NCBI GenBank assembly: GCA_963575745.1
Contig: CAUYUJ010000325.1
Location: 310,001-374,000, forward strand
Origin: Prorocentrum cordatum
Lineage: Eukaryota
Length of the DNA: 64,000 nucleotides
Direction: 5' to 3'
The notes under the pieces are model-generated. The model saw only the letters and a list, made by a program, of their open reading frames with translations. It did not search any database and was not told where the DNA came from. Both the position numbers and the translations under genes were made by a program. Within the stretch, counting starts at the first letter, position 1. Each line of letters opens with the position of its first letter. Shown in pieces: positions 38,436 to 52,114 of the stretch.

Positions 38436-38985
38436 CCGCAATCGCCGTCACCGTCGCCGTCGCCGTCGTCGCCGCCGTCGTCGCCGTCAGCGTCGCCCGC
38501 GTCGCCGCCGGCCTCGCCGCCGTCGCCATCGCCATCGTCGTCATCGCCGTCGCCACCGCCGCCGCCACCGCCGCCGCCGTCGTCGTCGCCGCCGTCGTCG
38601 TCGCCGCCGTCGTCGCCGTCGTGGCCGCTGTCGTCGTCGTCGTCGTCGTTGCCGTCGTCGTCGTCGGCTTCTGCGGCGGCGCCGTCGCCGTCGCGGTCGT
38701 CGTCACCGTCGCCGTCGCCGTCGTCGTCGCCACGCCGCCGTCGTCGCCGTCGTCGATGTCGTCATCGCCACGGGGCCACGCCGCCGCCGTCGCCGACGTC
38801 GCCGTCGTCGCCGTCGTCGCCGTCATCGCCGTCGTCGCCGCCGTCGCCGTCACCGTCGTCGTCGTCGCCGTCATTGGCGTCGTCGTATTTGTCGTCGTCG
38901 TCGGCGTCAGCGCCGCCGCCGTCGTCACCGTCCTCGCCGTCGCCGTGGATATCGTCGCCGCCGCCGCCGTCGTCGTCGCCGCCGT

Positions 38986-39024
<39 letters not shown>

Positions 39025-39203
39025 TGCCGTCGCCGTCGTCGTCGTCCTCGCCGTCGCCGTCGTCGCCGTCGCAATTGCCGTCGTCGTCGTCCTCGTCGTG
39101 GCCGTCCTTGTCGTCGTCGTCAAAACCGTCGTTTTTACCGTCGTCGTCGTCGCCGTCGCCATCGTCGTTGCCGTCGTCGCCGTCACCGTCGCCGTCGTCG
39201 CCA

Positions 39204-39234
<31 letters not shown>

Positions 39235-39272
39235 CGTCGTCGTCGTCCTCGTCGCCGCCGCCGTCGTCGTCC
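31390..39272. repeat. ~7.9-kb degenerate (GTC/GCC)n array with higher-order internal duplications
   Basis: Seen directly. The landmark GCCGTCGTTTCTG recurs at ~36291, ~36726 and ~37179. Confidence 0.95.
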
Positions 39273-39977
39273 ATGTGCAAATCTTCGCCAAGCCTGCAGC
39301 TGGCGCGCTGCTGGCCGCTGCGCGCCGCCGCCGGCGAGGCCCTTCGGAAACACCGGGGTGTGCAGTGCGTCTCGCGCGCGCGCCTGCCAGTCCGCGTGCG
39401 GCGCGGCGGGGCCCGCGTCCAGCGCGTCGCGGGAGAAGAGGGGGCCAAGGTCCTGGAGGCGGCTGTCGGGGACGCACTGCCCGGCTCAATGCAGACCCGG
39501 GTCAGTCGGGCTCTTCAGGGTCCTGCAAGATCCTGCAGGATCGTCCAAGACCCTGCGCGCAAGCCCATACCATTGCACCCCTGGTTCTGCAAGGTCCTGC
39601 AGTCTCCGGCACTCTGGCTAGCCTCCGGTTGCATTGACCCTCGTCTCTTCCAGGAACGGGTAGGGGACAGTCGGCAATACACGAACGTCAGGTGGGCTAA
39701 CACAGCGCCCTCTCTGCGTCGGTATTTGCAGCACTGTTACACAGCCTGGGCCCCGAACGCTGCGTTTCTGGTACCATGTGCTGTTCATTCTGGGTGGGCC
39801 AATCAATCTATGTGGTGCAATCTACGTTGTGCAATATATGAAATTTATGTTGCACAGCCGATGTTGCGGGATGTATGTTGTGCGCTTTTTGTGGAGCAAT
39901 ACCTCTGGCGCAATCGACGTGGTGCCATATATCGGGTGCGCCATGTGATACGATGTGCAATACAAGTTGTACAATAT

Positions 39978-40013
<36 letters not shown>

Positions 40014-40067
40014 ATAAATATATATACATTGTATATATATATATAAGAGAGAGAGAAAAAACAAAAG

Positions 40068-40116
<49 letters not shown>

Positions 40117-40459
40117 GCCGCTGGATCTCCCCGGGAGGGGAACCCTTCCCCCCCCTTTTCCTCGATCCGTCGTCGGAGAAACCCCCCCCTTCCCCGATCC
40201 GTCGTCGGGGACCCCCCCCCCCCCCTCCCCTCCTTTCCTGGTCCGTCGTCGGGGCCCCCCCTTCCACCCCTTTCAAAAAGGGGGTGGGAGGTCTGGACAT
40301 CCCCCCCCCCCTTTTGGCCGCACCCCCCCACCCCTTCCCCCCTGTCGCCACGCCGCCCCCTGAATCCCAACCCGACCCCCGCCACCCCCAACCCCAGTCC
40401 TCACCCTAACCCAAAACCCAAACCCGAACCCCAACCGTTAACCCCAGACCCAAAGAATA

Positions 40460-41910
40460 CGCACTACTCATTCTTCACTACTGACTCCCCACTACTGACT
40501 ACTCGCTACTCACTACTCACTTCTCCCTACCCCATACTAACTCCTCACGACTCACTACTCACTATCCACTACTCACTACCCACTACTATTCACCACTCCC
40601 TCCTCCCTGCTCACTACTTATTACTCACTCCTCACTACCCACTACTCAATACTCACTACCCACTAATCACTACCCCCACTCACTACTCACTAATCACTAC
40701 CCATTCCCCACTAACCATTATCCACTACGCACTACTCACTACTCATTGCCCGCAACTCACTACTCACTACCCACGACTCGCTACTCACTACTCCTCACTC
40801 TCTACACAGTACTGACTACACAATACCCAGTACTCACTACTCGCTGCTCCCATACTCGCTACGCAATACTCACTACTCACTCACCGCTACTCACTACTCA
40901 CTACTCACTAGTCAGCAATATGACTAATCACTAGTCACTAGTCACCAGTCACTCCCCACTACTCACTACACACTAATCGCTACTCACTACCCACTACTCG
41001 CTACTCCCTTCCTACTACTCACTGATCACTACTCGCTACTCCCTGCTTCCTACTCACTACTGACTACTCGCTCACCGCTACTCACTACTTACTCACTACT
41101 CACTATTCACCATTCCCTACTCACTAGTCACTTGTCTCTCACTAATCACTAGTCACTAGTCACTAGTCACTACCCACTACTCACTACCCACTAATCGCTA
41201 CTCACTACCCACTACTCGCTACCCACTTCCTACTTCTGATTGATCACTACTCACTACTCCCTACTCCCTACGCACTACTCACTACTCCCCACTCGCTACT
41301 CCCTAATCGTCATTCACTACTCACTACCCACTACTCACTACTGACTACTCCCTACTCCCTACTCACTACCTTCTACGCCCTACTCGCTCCTCACTACTCA
41401 CTATTCGCTACTCCCTACTCGCTACTCACTACTCACTACCCACTGCCCACTACCCACTGCTCCCTATTCACCATTACCCACTAATCACTACTCACTAAGC
41501 ACTACGCACTACTCAATTTTCACCTGTCACTACTCACTACTCACTACTCACTACTCGCTCCTCACCACTCACTACTGACTACTCGCTACTCACTACTCAC
41601 TACTCACTACTCACTACGCACTACCACTACTCACTACTCACTAATCACGACTCGCCACCCACCACCCACTACCCACTACTCACTACCCACCTACTCATTA
41701 CCCCCTAATCCCTACTCAGTACTCACTACTCGCTACTGGCTACTCACTACCACTACTCGCTACTCACTACTCACATATCAGTATACACCACTCACTATTC
41801 ACTATTTACTACTCTCCACTCCCTACTCCCTCTTCCCTAGTCGTCACTCACTACCCACTACTCACTACCCAATACTCACTACGCACTCAAACGCTACTCA
41901 CTACTCACTA
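40460..41910. repeat. Degenerate heptamer satellite (CTACTCA)n
   Basis: Seen directly. Confidence 0.9.
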
Positions 41911-43197
41911 CCACCCACTCCCAACTCCGAACTCCCTACACACGTTCTCTGGCGCAGATAGGAGAAGCCAGAGAGACCCCCTCCCCGGCTCCCGTTCCGG
42001 CGCACCCCCCCCCTTTTTCGAGGGGAATGGGGAGGGGGGGGTCGGACCCCCCCCCGCAAGGGAGGGAGGGGGGGAGGGGGTCGAAAATCTCATCCCTCCT
42101 TTGAAGGGGGGGAGGGGGCGGCGTTCTGCGAGCACCCCCCCCCTTTGCAATTACAGGGTGATCCAGTGGCGCGCTTTCTATACATGGTGCAGACTACGTG
42201 GTGCAATTCACACATACTCGCATTGAATTGACAACTCCATTGGTCGCGGAAACAGCCAACCACTTGGACCTTCAAATAACGACTCGTGATGAAAAACCAA
42301 CACTCGGGAAAAATCTGGATTTCTGGGAACCCCGCCTTGGGAAATTCAAAACGTCGGGGGTCTGGGGAACAACCGCCCTCAGACCACAACGAGCACCTCT
42401 ATTCAACGGAAGCCCATTGTGGTAAGCGCACGCGGGGGAGGAGTCGAGCATGGCAGGGTTGCGACTGGTTAGCGCCCAGAACCGTTTGGTGGACGCCGGT
42501 CCCCGACCCCCGCTGTCGTGATTTTTTTCATGACGTGGACCCCCGAAGGTCTTGATTCCTTCCAGGGAACCAGCGTTTCATCCTGGGTCGCTTTGACGGT
42601 CCCAAGGCACGGTACGGACCCCCACAAGGCCGAAACCTGCCAAAAACTTCCCGTCGTTTTTCACGACTCGAAGGGGTCGGGATGTCTCTTCTCGTCACCC
42701 TGCGGTCCGTGAGGGCGCTCAGCAGCTCGTCCACGGTGCACGCGTGGGGCCCGTCCGATGGGGGAGCAAAGAGCTATTGGCACCAACGCCGACGGTGGTG
42801 CACGCGCGGGGCGGGCCCGATGGTGGTAGCACCTCCCTCTCCCGTCCTCCTCCCTCCTCCTCACTCCTCATGCCCCGTCCTCGGTCTTTCGTCCGCCTCC
42901 TCCTCGTACTCCTCCTCCTCCTCCTCCCTCCTCCTCTTCCTCCTCCTTATCCTACCTTTCCCTCCCTCCCTCAATAATTATTCGACTGTCGGGCCCAAAC
43001 AAGCTCGGCACTCGACCAACTGTCAGGGGGTGGCCCAGACGTCATGGAGAGCCGATCCGATCCGGTCCCTCATTCCTCCATTCCTCCGTTCCTTCCTCCC
43101 TCCCTCCCTTTTCCCTTTTCCCTTTTCCCTTTTCCCTTTTCCCTCTCCTCCTCCTCCTCCTCCTCCTCCTCCTCCTCCTCCTCCTCCTCCTCCTCCT

Positions 43198-46100
43198 GGC
43201 GCACACTCCAAGTCCCCGAGTCCGCACATGACGCGGGGGGACGGCGCGCGTGAAACTACCCTGCACCCAGCCCCTTGCCAAGCTCGTCTGGCCAGGTCTT
43301 CAGACCTGGGGGGAGGCGGCAATCCATGAGTTTGGACAGCACCTTCTTGCCCCAGTCTGTTGGGCGGCGGCAGGTGCCTTGCAACCCTGCGCTTACCTTC
43401 GCACTGCTGTAGGCCCCACACTTGCGACACCACCAGGGTTCACGAGTACAAGACACATCGCGGCTCTGATGGATCTGGTGCGGCCGACCTGGGCAATGCG
43501 AGGCAAGCCACTCCAGCGTCCCACACTATTTGGTGGGGCGCCCGCGGCAAACAATACACAATTTATACCCCCCTTCTCGATCACGCTGTGTGTGGTCTCC
43601 TGCAGTGTTTGCACAACGTTCGATTGACGCTGGGCCCTGGACACTCGACTGCGGGCCACACGATCAGCTCTAGAGGTGGCCGAGTATAGGGAGGGGGTCT
43701 GGATAGCCATTTGCAGAACGACTTCTGTCAGGCACCTCTGCACGCGGACAGCTTTATTGTCTATGTCGGTTGCCTGCTGGATGATATGCTGTGGGAGCCT
43801 GGCCATGCGCGCCCCTTCAGTGGCACACTCATCCGCGGCCTCGTTGGCGGTATGATCTTCCCGGGTAGTGTGGACCCCCACGTCCCCTTCTTCGAGGGGG
43901 GACTTTACCTTTTTAAATTGGCACGGCCCTGGATGGCCTTCATAGGCCTCCCAGAAATCGAGCCACGCAGCCGAATTAGCCTCGTGGTTCCATTGGGGTC
44001 CATGACGAATCCCATCAATCACGTTCTGGCAGTCGAGCACAAAATGACATTCACCAATAGTGCGTTGCAAAGCTACGGTGATACCGACCAGCTCCGCTAA
44101 GGGAACCGTCTGGATCCGTACTGGGAGGGTGCCGTACGCTCTGCCTACCACGCGGCCTCCCTGGACAATGGCGCAACCCCATCCGCAACGATGGAGGCGC
44201 TTATCGTCAGTACAATCCCCCCCACTCCCGTCCGACCCGACCCGATCATCAGCACCTAACGGCACGCGCCCTCTTGCATCGAATGCTCCTTCAAAATTGG
44301 CTTGGCCCTCCGGTCACGACTCGACCAAGTCGTGGACCCATAAAACAGGAGCCAAACCGCGGAGCCAAAAACATGGGAACTCGGCATGTTTCTCACGGGC
44401 TTCCAGGGCAAGGGAGACGTCCTCAGGAGAGAGAGGGGGGTTGCAGGCGCAGCTCCACATCTTGTGAAAAAAATCCTCCTCCTCCTCCTGCCCACACTGC
44501 CGGCAACGCCTCTCCTCAGACGCGACGGGCGCCTGGGGAACGCGCGTCGTGGCGGGCCATAGGGCGCCTGTGGCCACCATCTCGAGGACGGCTGCCAAAC
44601 TGGCCTCCCATTTAGACCTCAACCTCGCGAGGTGGCGGCGGAGAGGAATGAGGTCATACCCGAATTCTAAACCTGCCCCACAGGAATGCTGAGACGCATG
44701 CTGCTCCCACACCTTCTGCTCCAGCGCCCCCCTCCACCTCCGCCAAAACGCACTGCCTCCATCCCTGGGGGCTGCCCCTAGCGGGCTCAGGGTAGAAGGG
44801 GGTGCGCTGGTCGGTGGAAAGCTCCGGGGCAAAAAAATACACCTGTTCTGCATCGTCGAGCCACTTGTACGGGGTCACAGGATCCCAGCCAAGTTGGAGT
44901 AGCATCGCCATCAAGGCCTCCGTGGGGCCCTTCACTTTACACCATGGAGACTTAGCATTCGCTATGGCGCGCCGGCAGCATGCTCAGGCACTGGAAAGAC
45001 ACGGTGTGGTCCAGCCTACTTGCGGCGCCACTTCCAACCAAGACTTGACCAAGTCGAATCGGCCAAACACTAATGGATCATCTAGCTGGGTAAACCCTAG
45101 ACGGAGCGCTACCGTGGCGCATCCTCCATGACGTCGCACGCCGCTCATGGAGGCGATCTGGCTTCTGATATTCAGAAGGGTGGCGGGGGCAGCTCCCTGC
45201 CCTGCCAGGCCCCACGAGGTCATGGGGTGTATAACCAGTGCGGGCTAAGCGTTTCGCCGTGCGGTCGGCTTTGATTAAACCCTTTATGCGACGAGCACGA
45301 ACAGAGGCTTTCTTCAGCCGGCCCTGGACCATGACGGCGCTACGCCTCTTACTCGAAAAACTCGATTCCTAAGTCGCGAAAGGCAGTGACACATTTCCGG
45401 TTGATGCCACAACCGGCCTGGACATTGCCAGCAATCTGCTGAACGAGCTTGGGTTTGGCAGCTAACAAAACTGTTCTACCTGAAATCCTCAGTTCTTGTC
45501 CTTGCGTGCGGCGGAATAGGTGGATCAGAGTTTCGGAGTACTGTCTGACTACATCCCGCGCGTTCCCCAATACCTGCAAAGCTGTGTCATCCACCCAGGT
45601 CTGAACCTCCAGTGGACGAAGACCTCGGTGCGGTTCCTGCATCAGCCCTCGCGGAAGATAGCGGGCATGTGTCCCGCGAAACATATCGTGCAGATACGCT
45701 CGACTCCACGCTACACTCTGAACGCAGCCTGCCAATATCGAAGTCGATATCTGGATAAAATCGGAAGCTGCACCTTGCACTGTAATGACACGGTCATCCA
45801 TATGCATTGACATCCCCAATTACATAATAGGTAATGGGTAGCCTGAGGCACTGGCACGGCCGTAATAGAAGATGAAGAAAGGCTTTAACGTGTCGTAGAA
45901 CTTCTCGCAGTCTATCATGGCCTGTGCCCAGTCGAAGCCTATGTACCGACCAATTTCCACTTTGAGGGCCCGCAGGAGCCCGGCTCGCAACGCATTGAAA
46001 TTACGCACAGCACAATCCCAAAAGCCCGCCTTCGCAGCCTCCCAGGATACCACGGGCTCTTTCCGAAGCCTCCCCCACACGCGATAGAGGGTCTGCGTGC

Positions 46101-46455
46101 GAGCAATTGGCCGTTCCCCCCTCGTGGAGGCGGGTTGGGGTGGAGACCAATCTCATTTACAAGCATGGGGGCTGGCCACGCTAGCTCCTCTTCGATGCCA
46201 ATGAGAATCTCCAAAATTTCTTCCAGCGCCCCTGGCGGGAGAGATTTCCAGAGTGAGGGGTGCCACTGGTCCACCCCCATGCCCAGTTGTTTCTTGAAGC
46301 TGCCACAGATAGTGGATAAAGAATCCAGGGTCAGCGGGGGGAGCTCACGTCTCTCAGCCTCCGCTGCCTCTCTGAACTCCTGTCACCACTGTTGCTCCAT
46401 GGGGCGCTCCGGGGATGCCTGCCAGAAACCTTCCCAGTGCCCCTGCTTCCTCTGC
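43198..46455 (-). mobile_element. 5'-truncated, decayed non-LTR retrotransposon (RT, Zn finger, RNase H, C-terminal Cys motif)
   Basis: GMGVDQW, GERPI, IDCEKFYD, SILAGC, TWVDD (~45590), FRDLG, CRQCG...HKMWSC, GSDGSGG, PLAELVG, VLDCQNV, NEAADECA and WWCRKCG are spread over several frames with stops. No APE domain is present. Confidence 0.88.
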
Positions 46456-48304
46456 ATTGCCGCCTACATCCCTCCTTCGAGCTGCCCATCCTCATCCTGC
46501 TCCTGCTGCGCTTCTGCCGGAGGATGCGACGTTTTTCCCTCCTGCTCCTGCTGCGCTTCTGCCATCCTCATGCTGCTCCACATCGAATGCGACGTTTTTC
46601 CCTCCTCCCTCCTCCTCCACCTCCTCCTCCTCCTCCTCCTCCTCCTCCTCCTCCTCCTCCTCCTCCTCCTCCTCCTCCTCCTCCTCCTCCTCGTGAGAAC
46701 ATCATGGGAAATCACGACGGTAGCCCCGGACCGCTATGTGATCGATATGTGAGGGACCCAAGGGCCCTAACACCCGGCGGACCCGCCCGAAGCAAAAGAA
46801 ATGTAGCGCCCAGGTCTCGGGGGAGGGCCAGTCACAGACTTCCGACGCCGGGATTTCTGTACAACATGAGAAAAACAGGGATACATAATGAGTAGTCCAC
46901 GCACCTTCGAGGATTCATCACATTGCTCCATGGATTCCCCTCCACTTCTCATACTGTCCCACATTTCCACGGAACCTACGTTTGTGTCTGTGCCTGTTTG
47001 TTTCGTCTGGGGGGAGGTGGGGTGCGTCGAGGTGTTCGATGGGGCGTGGCGCCGCAAGGTGGTGGCGGGTGCGACGTGACTCCCCGCATGTGGACCGCCC
47101 GTTCGTTTGATCGTGGGCCCTCTCCTGTCTGGGTTTGGACGGTGTTTTTCGTTTCTCCCGCGGCCCTTTTCACTTATCTTTCTTCCCCCCGCCAGCGAGG
47201 ACCATCATAGACCTTACCAGTGAGGACCGCCGTAATGCCTCACATCCTCCGCAGCTTCCATCAGAACGGCTGCGGGAGCAACTCCCCACGATCCTAGCAC
47301 GGAAGACGGACGTCGAGGACCACGACTTGGGCGACGACAACGACCACGACTGGGACTACCAGTAAGAGTGTTCGTAGCTGCACGAGTGCGGGGGCGCAAA
47401 TACGTGGAACGTGTGCTGCCTTTCAAAAGGCTGCCCCAAGGGATAAGAGCGATGTGTTCGACGGGGGCGTGATGCCGCGAGCTGGCGGCGGGTGCGGCGT
47501 GACTCCCCGCCTGTGGACCTGGACCGCCCGCTCCTCATGATAGTGGATTATCTCGTGCCTGGGTTTGCGTCGGGGCTGCGGGGGGGAAATCCTCACGTAC
47601 CTGGCACCGCACGTGCCGTGCCAGGGGTGGCGGCCCGTTTTCCCACCCCACCGTCGTAAGTGCATGCGAAATCCCTGGTGACGGGACGGGGTGGGTACGA
47701 ATGGGCACCGCAGCCGGCTCAAAACCAAAACAGGCATCGTAACATCGTTCTCTTATCAATGACTCCATTCCATGCGTAGCATGCTCTCCCCTAGTGGACC
47801 GCGCGCGGGACTCAGTCCCCTGCGGGTCGACTAGCGCCGCCATCACAGGCAACCAAATGGGCCATCATAGGGACCTCGCACCTAGGACGAAGCCACCAAC
47901 AGGGGCTCGTTTTGGAAAGACGGATCATCACAAGCCTTCGCGTGCAATGCCTTACGAAGGGCCGCCATGAGGCCTCACACCCTCCGCAACTTCCATCATG
48001 GGTGTTCTGGGGCGAATTCCAACGAATCTGACAACGACGACTTCAGCGACGACGACGACGACGACCACGACTCTGACTAGAACCTGTTTTGTCCTCACAT
48101 GTTTAGTGGGGTTCTGGTTTTCTTCCCTGCCGCATCGCACCCGCGTCTCCTCCCACACACGCCTCCATCTTCCCTTCCTCCTCTTCCCCTCCCTCCCCTG
48201 CCTCGCCTCGTCCGCGCGCAACACACGCACGGCACGTACATGAGACAGGCGTTCTACAGACAGCCGCACGCATGCACACACGCAACACACATGCGCTCAA
48301 GATT

Positions 48305-49262
48305 CGCAGGGCGTGGCAGGCGTGGCAGGCGCACTGCATCATACACCCAAGACGTATGCGCACGGTCGCCCAGGGCATCGCTGACGTGGCATAGCTCCGA
48401 CGCCACAGGGGGTGCGCTGGGGGTGGGGGCGCTATGCGCTGCAGGCTTGCATTGCGTGGCAGGCGTGGCATTTCCTCGACGCCACAGGGGGTGCTCTGGG
48501 GGTGGGGGCGCTATGCGTTGCATGCTCGCAGGGCGGGGCATTTCCTCGACGCCACAGGGGGTGCGCTGGGGGTGGGGGCGCTATACGCTGAAGGCTCGCA
48601 TTGCGCGGAAGGCGTGGCATTTCCTCGACGCCACATCGGGATGCGCTGGGGGTGGGGGCGCTATGCGCTGCAGGCTCGCAGGGCGTGGCAGGTGTGGCAT
48701 TTCCTGGACGCCACAGGGGATGCGCTGGGGGTGGGGGCGCTATGCGTTGCTGGCTCGCAGGGCGTGGCAGGCGTGGCATTTCCTCGACGCCACAGGGGGT
48801 GCGCTGGGGGTGGGGGCGCTATGCGTTGCAGGCTCGCCTTGCGTGGCAGGCGTGGTATTTCCTCGACGCCACAGGGGATGCGCTGGGGGTGGGGCCGCTA
48901 TGCGTTGCAGGCTCGAATTGCGTGGCAGGCGTGGCATTTCCTCGACGCCACATGGGGTGTGCTGGGGGTGGGGGCGCTATGAGTTGCAGGCTCGCAGTGC
49001 GTGGCAGGCGTGGCAGTTCCTCGACGCCACACGGAGTGCGCTGGGGGCGGGGGCGCCATGCACAGCAGGCTCGCAGGGCGTGGCAGGTGTGGCATTTCCT
49101 GGACGCCACAGGGGGTGTGCTGGGGGTGGGGGCGCTATGCGCTGTAGGCTCGCAGAGCGTGGCAAGCGTGGTACTTCCTCGACGCCACAGGGGGGGGGCA
49201 TTTCCTCGACGCCACACGGGGTGCACTGGGGGTGGGGGTGCTATGCGCTGCAGGCTCGCAGG
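48305..49262. repeat. ~79-bp GC-rich minisatellite, about 11 copies
   Basis: The unit containing GCGTGGCATTTCCTCGACGCCACAGGGGGTGCGCTGGGGGTGGGGGCGCTATGCG recurs about every 79 bp. Confidence 0.93.
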
Positions 49263-49505
49263 GAACGCGAATTGGGCGATTGAGGCCACGCTCCTGGCAG
49301 TCGGTCGAAGTGTCCCGGCGTATGTGGCACAGCGTGACAGGCGTGGCACTTTCAAATTCCACTCCGTAGCCCCAGGAGCTCTCGACCTCTTCCCGGGTGC
49401 CTGGCTCGTGCTCCCAAGGCGCGACTGGCGTGGCATTTCCATGACTCTTGAAAGCTGCGCATGGGGCAGGTGTTTGCGCGGGCGAGAACTCATGTTTCAT
49501 CCAGA

Positions 49506-49527
49506 ACCGTAAACACCTTGGCTCAAG
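49506..49527 (+). other. Relic dinoflagellate spliced-leader sequence
   Basis: ACCGTAAACACCTTGGCTCAAG versus DinoSL DCCGTAGCCATTTTGGCTCAAG: 18 of 22 identical, with the last 10 nt perfect. Confidence 0.65.
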
Positions 49528-49899
49528 CCGGCTCGTCGCGCCTGCGCTCTCACGCAGTCGCGCCTGTAATCTTATTTCGGGGCAGCAACCGCCCTACCTG
49601 CTTGCGGCAGCCGTGCTCCCCAAAGTCGCCGTGGACGCGCTGCCACCTCCGTGGGTTTTGGCGGAACTTTTTCTACGAAGATCGCGTTCCGTGTCCTGCG
49701 TGACCGAAGTGCCTGTTGCCGCCCTGGAAACAGGCCCTCGGTGACCTCCACTCCTCTTGACCGGCGTCGCCAACGATATCGGCGGGGCAACGGCCACCAG
49801 CGTCATTACCGCATGTTTCACTTCAGCTGTCATCACTCCAGACATAATATACGTTTGTGGGATGCCCTGGTAGCGTAGCTGCACATTTTCCGGGATTGC

Positions 49900-50240
49900 G
49901 GCCGTCACCGCCCCCGCCCGCCAACCCCGAATAACGTCACGTTCCGCGCCAGCGGCGTCCGAGAATACACCACAGCGTTCGCGTGCACCACAGCGCCTGC
50001 ACACCACACCGCGCACGTACGTGCAACACAGTGCCAGTGTGCACCACAGTGCCTGCATGCACCACAGCGCTTGTGTTCACCACAGCGTCTGCGTACACCA
50101 CAGCACCCGTGCGCAACATCGCGCCTGTATACACCACAATACTTGCGTGCACCACAGCGCCTGTGCACATCACAACCAATGTGTACACCACAGCACCCGC
50201 GTGCAACGCAGCGCTGGTGTACACCACAACGCTTGCGTGC
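49900..50240 (+). repeat. Dispersed repeat with ~20-bp CACCACAGC-containing units; inverted copy at 54105-54450
   Basis: The reverse complement of ~50020-50175 aligns by eye to ~54120-54272, and ~49900-49965 aligns to ~54390-54447. Confidence 0.85.
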
Positions 50241-51604
50241 ACAGGACAGGTAGAAGGTGCATGTTGGTGCGGATCTGCTGCGGACAGCTGAGCGCCACGC
50301 AAAGGAAGGATTGAACATACAATGCGATGTTCTTCCCTCCTTCCAACCCCTCCTCCTCCTCCTCCTCCTCCTCCTCCTCCTCTTCGTCCTCTTTTTCCTC
50401 CTCGCCTCCTCCCCGTCCCCCTCCTCTTCCTCCTCCTCCTCCTCGTCCTCCTCCTCCTCGTCTTCTTCGTCCTCCTCGCTCATCCTCCTCCTCCTCCTCT
50501 TCCTCCTCCTCCCCTTCCTCCCCCTCCTCCTCCTCCTCCTCATCATGTTCCTATTATTATCCTCTGGCTTCTTCTTCGTATCATTATTATTGTGCCTTCT
50601 CCACAGTATATATATAGATTATCATTGTTAGTAGCATTATTCTTACTGCGATGAATTATACGTACTATTACACATATGCTTCTTCTGGTTATTCAAATGC
50701 GTACTCTGATTATTCGTAATGTTCTTACCAAGATCAGGCTATCATTATTACAATGATTTGTATTACGATTATCAATACTCATCTTGGATGTTATTGATAC
50801 TTATCCTCCTCTTCCTCCTCCTTCACTTGCTCCTCCTCCTCCTGTTCCTCGTTCCTCGTTCTCCTCCTCCTCCTCCTCCTCCTCTCCTCCCTTCCCCCTT
50901 CTCCCTCCCCCTCCACCCCCCCACCACCTCCCCTCCTCCTCCTCCTCCTTGTCCTCCTCCTCTTCATCCTCCTCCTCCTCCTCCTGCTCCTACTCCTGCT
51001 CGTGCTCCTGCTCCTGCTCCTATTCCTGCTCCTCCTCCTCCTCCTCCTCATCCGCGTCCTCCTGTTCTTCATATTTGCATGGCTAGTCGTGTCATTGTCG
51101 GGTGTCTTATTCATCTTAGTATGATTATTCGTATTCTTTGTACGATTATTCGTGTTGCTATTATTGTTAATAGTATATGTCGTCGCCTAAGTTGTATCAG
51201 TATCATCATTCGTATTCGACGTCGCTTGATGTTGGTCATGGGCCTTCTTCTTACGTGTTATTAATAATGGTATGTTGCGTATTATTCTTTGTATTTGTAC
51301 ATCAGCATCCTTCTGATTAGTCATTGTCAGATTCGTATTCGCTTTCATTCCTAATAGTACGGTAAGTATGCTTGTTTGTCTTATATTCCACGTTATTATC
51401 TTTATTCTTGTTCGTATTATCATTATGCGTCGTCTTCCTAACCTTACTATTCGAAGTACTATGGTATCTTTCTTACTTACCTAACAGCGAAGACTGATAG
51501 GTTTCTAGTTGACTCAAAAGAGCTCACAGATCACTCCACAGGGGGGTCCGGGCAGGTGTTGGGGAGTTGCCGGGCGGCAGGGTGCCGGGCTCGTTTTTCA
51601 CCAA

Positions 51605-52100
51605 CAGTCACACACTTCGTGCTCTTCGACTTCCCAGAACTCCATTCCCAGGCCACATTCTGAATACCCGGATGCAACAGTCACACACAAGTGCTCTTCG
51701 AGATCCCAGAACGCCATTCCCGGGCCACATTTGGAATAACCGGATGCAACAGTCACACACTTCGTGCTCTTCGACATCCCAGAACTCCATTCCCGGGCCA
51801 CATTTTGGATGCCCGGAGCCAACTGTAGGCCACTTCGTGCTCTTCGATTTCCCAGAACTCCATTCCCGGGCCACATTTTGGATGCCCGGAGCCAACTGTA
51901 GGCCACTTCGTGCTCTTCGAGTTCCCAGAACTCCATTCCCGGGCCACATTTTGAATGCCCGGAGCCAACTGTAGGCCACTTCGTGCTCTTCGAGTTCCCA
52001 GAACTCCATTCCCGGGCCACATTTTGAATGCCCGTAGCCAACTGTAGGCAACTTCGTGCTCTTCGACTTCCCAGAACTCCCATTCCTGGGCCACATTTTC
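51605..52100. repeat. 73-bp minisatellite, about 7 copies
   Basis: CACTTCGTGCTCTTCGA recurs at 51758, 51831, 51904 and so on. Confidence 0.93.
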
Positions 52101-52114
52101 AGCAGGGGCAAGAG

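Noticed and set aside
39280..39500. Possible host micro-exon (RVAGEEGAKVLE)
   Set aside because: Splice-like boundaries exist, but no partner exons or recognisable product could be identified.
40385..40455. Telomere-like CCCTAA/CCCAAA repeats
   Set aside because: Too short and degenerate; no TTTAGGG-type array.
48305..52100. 79-bp and 73-bp tandem arrays as CRISPR
   Set aside because: Whole units repeat with no unique spacers, there are no cas genes, and the context is eukaryotic.
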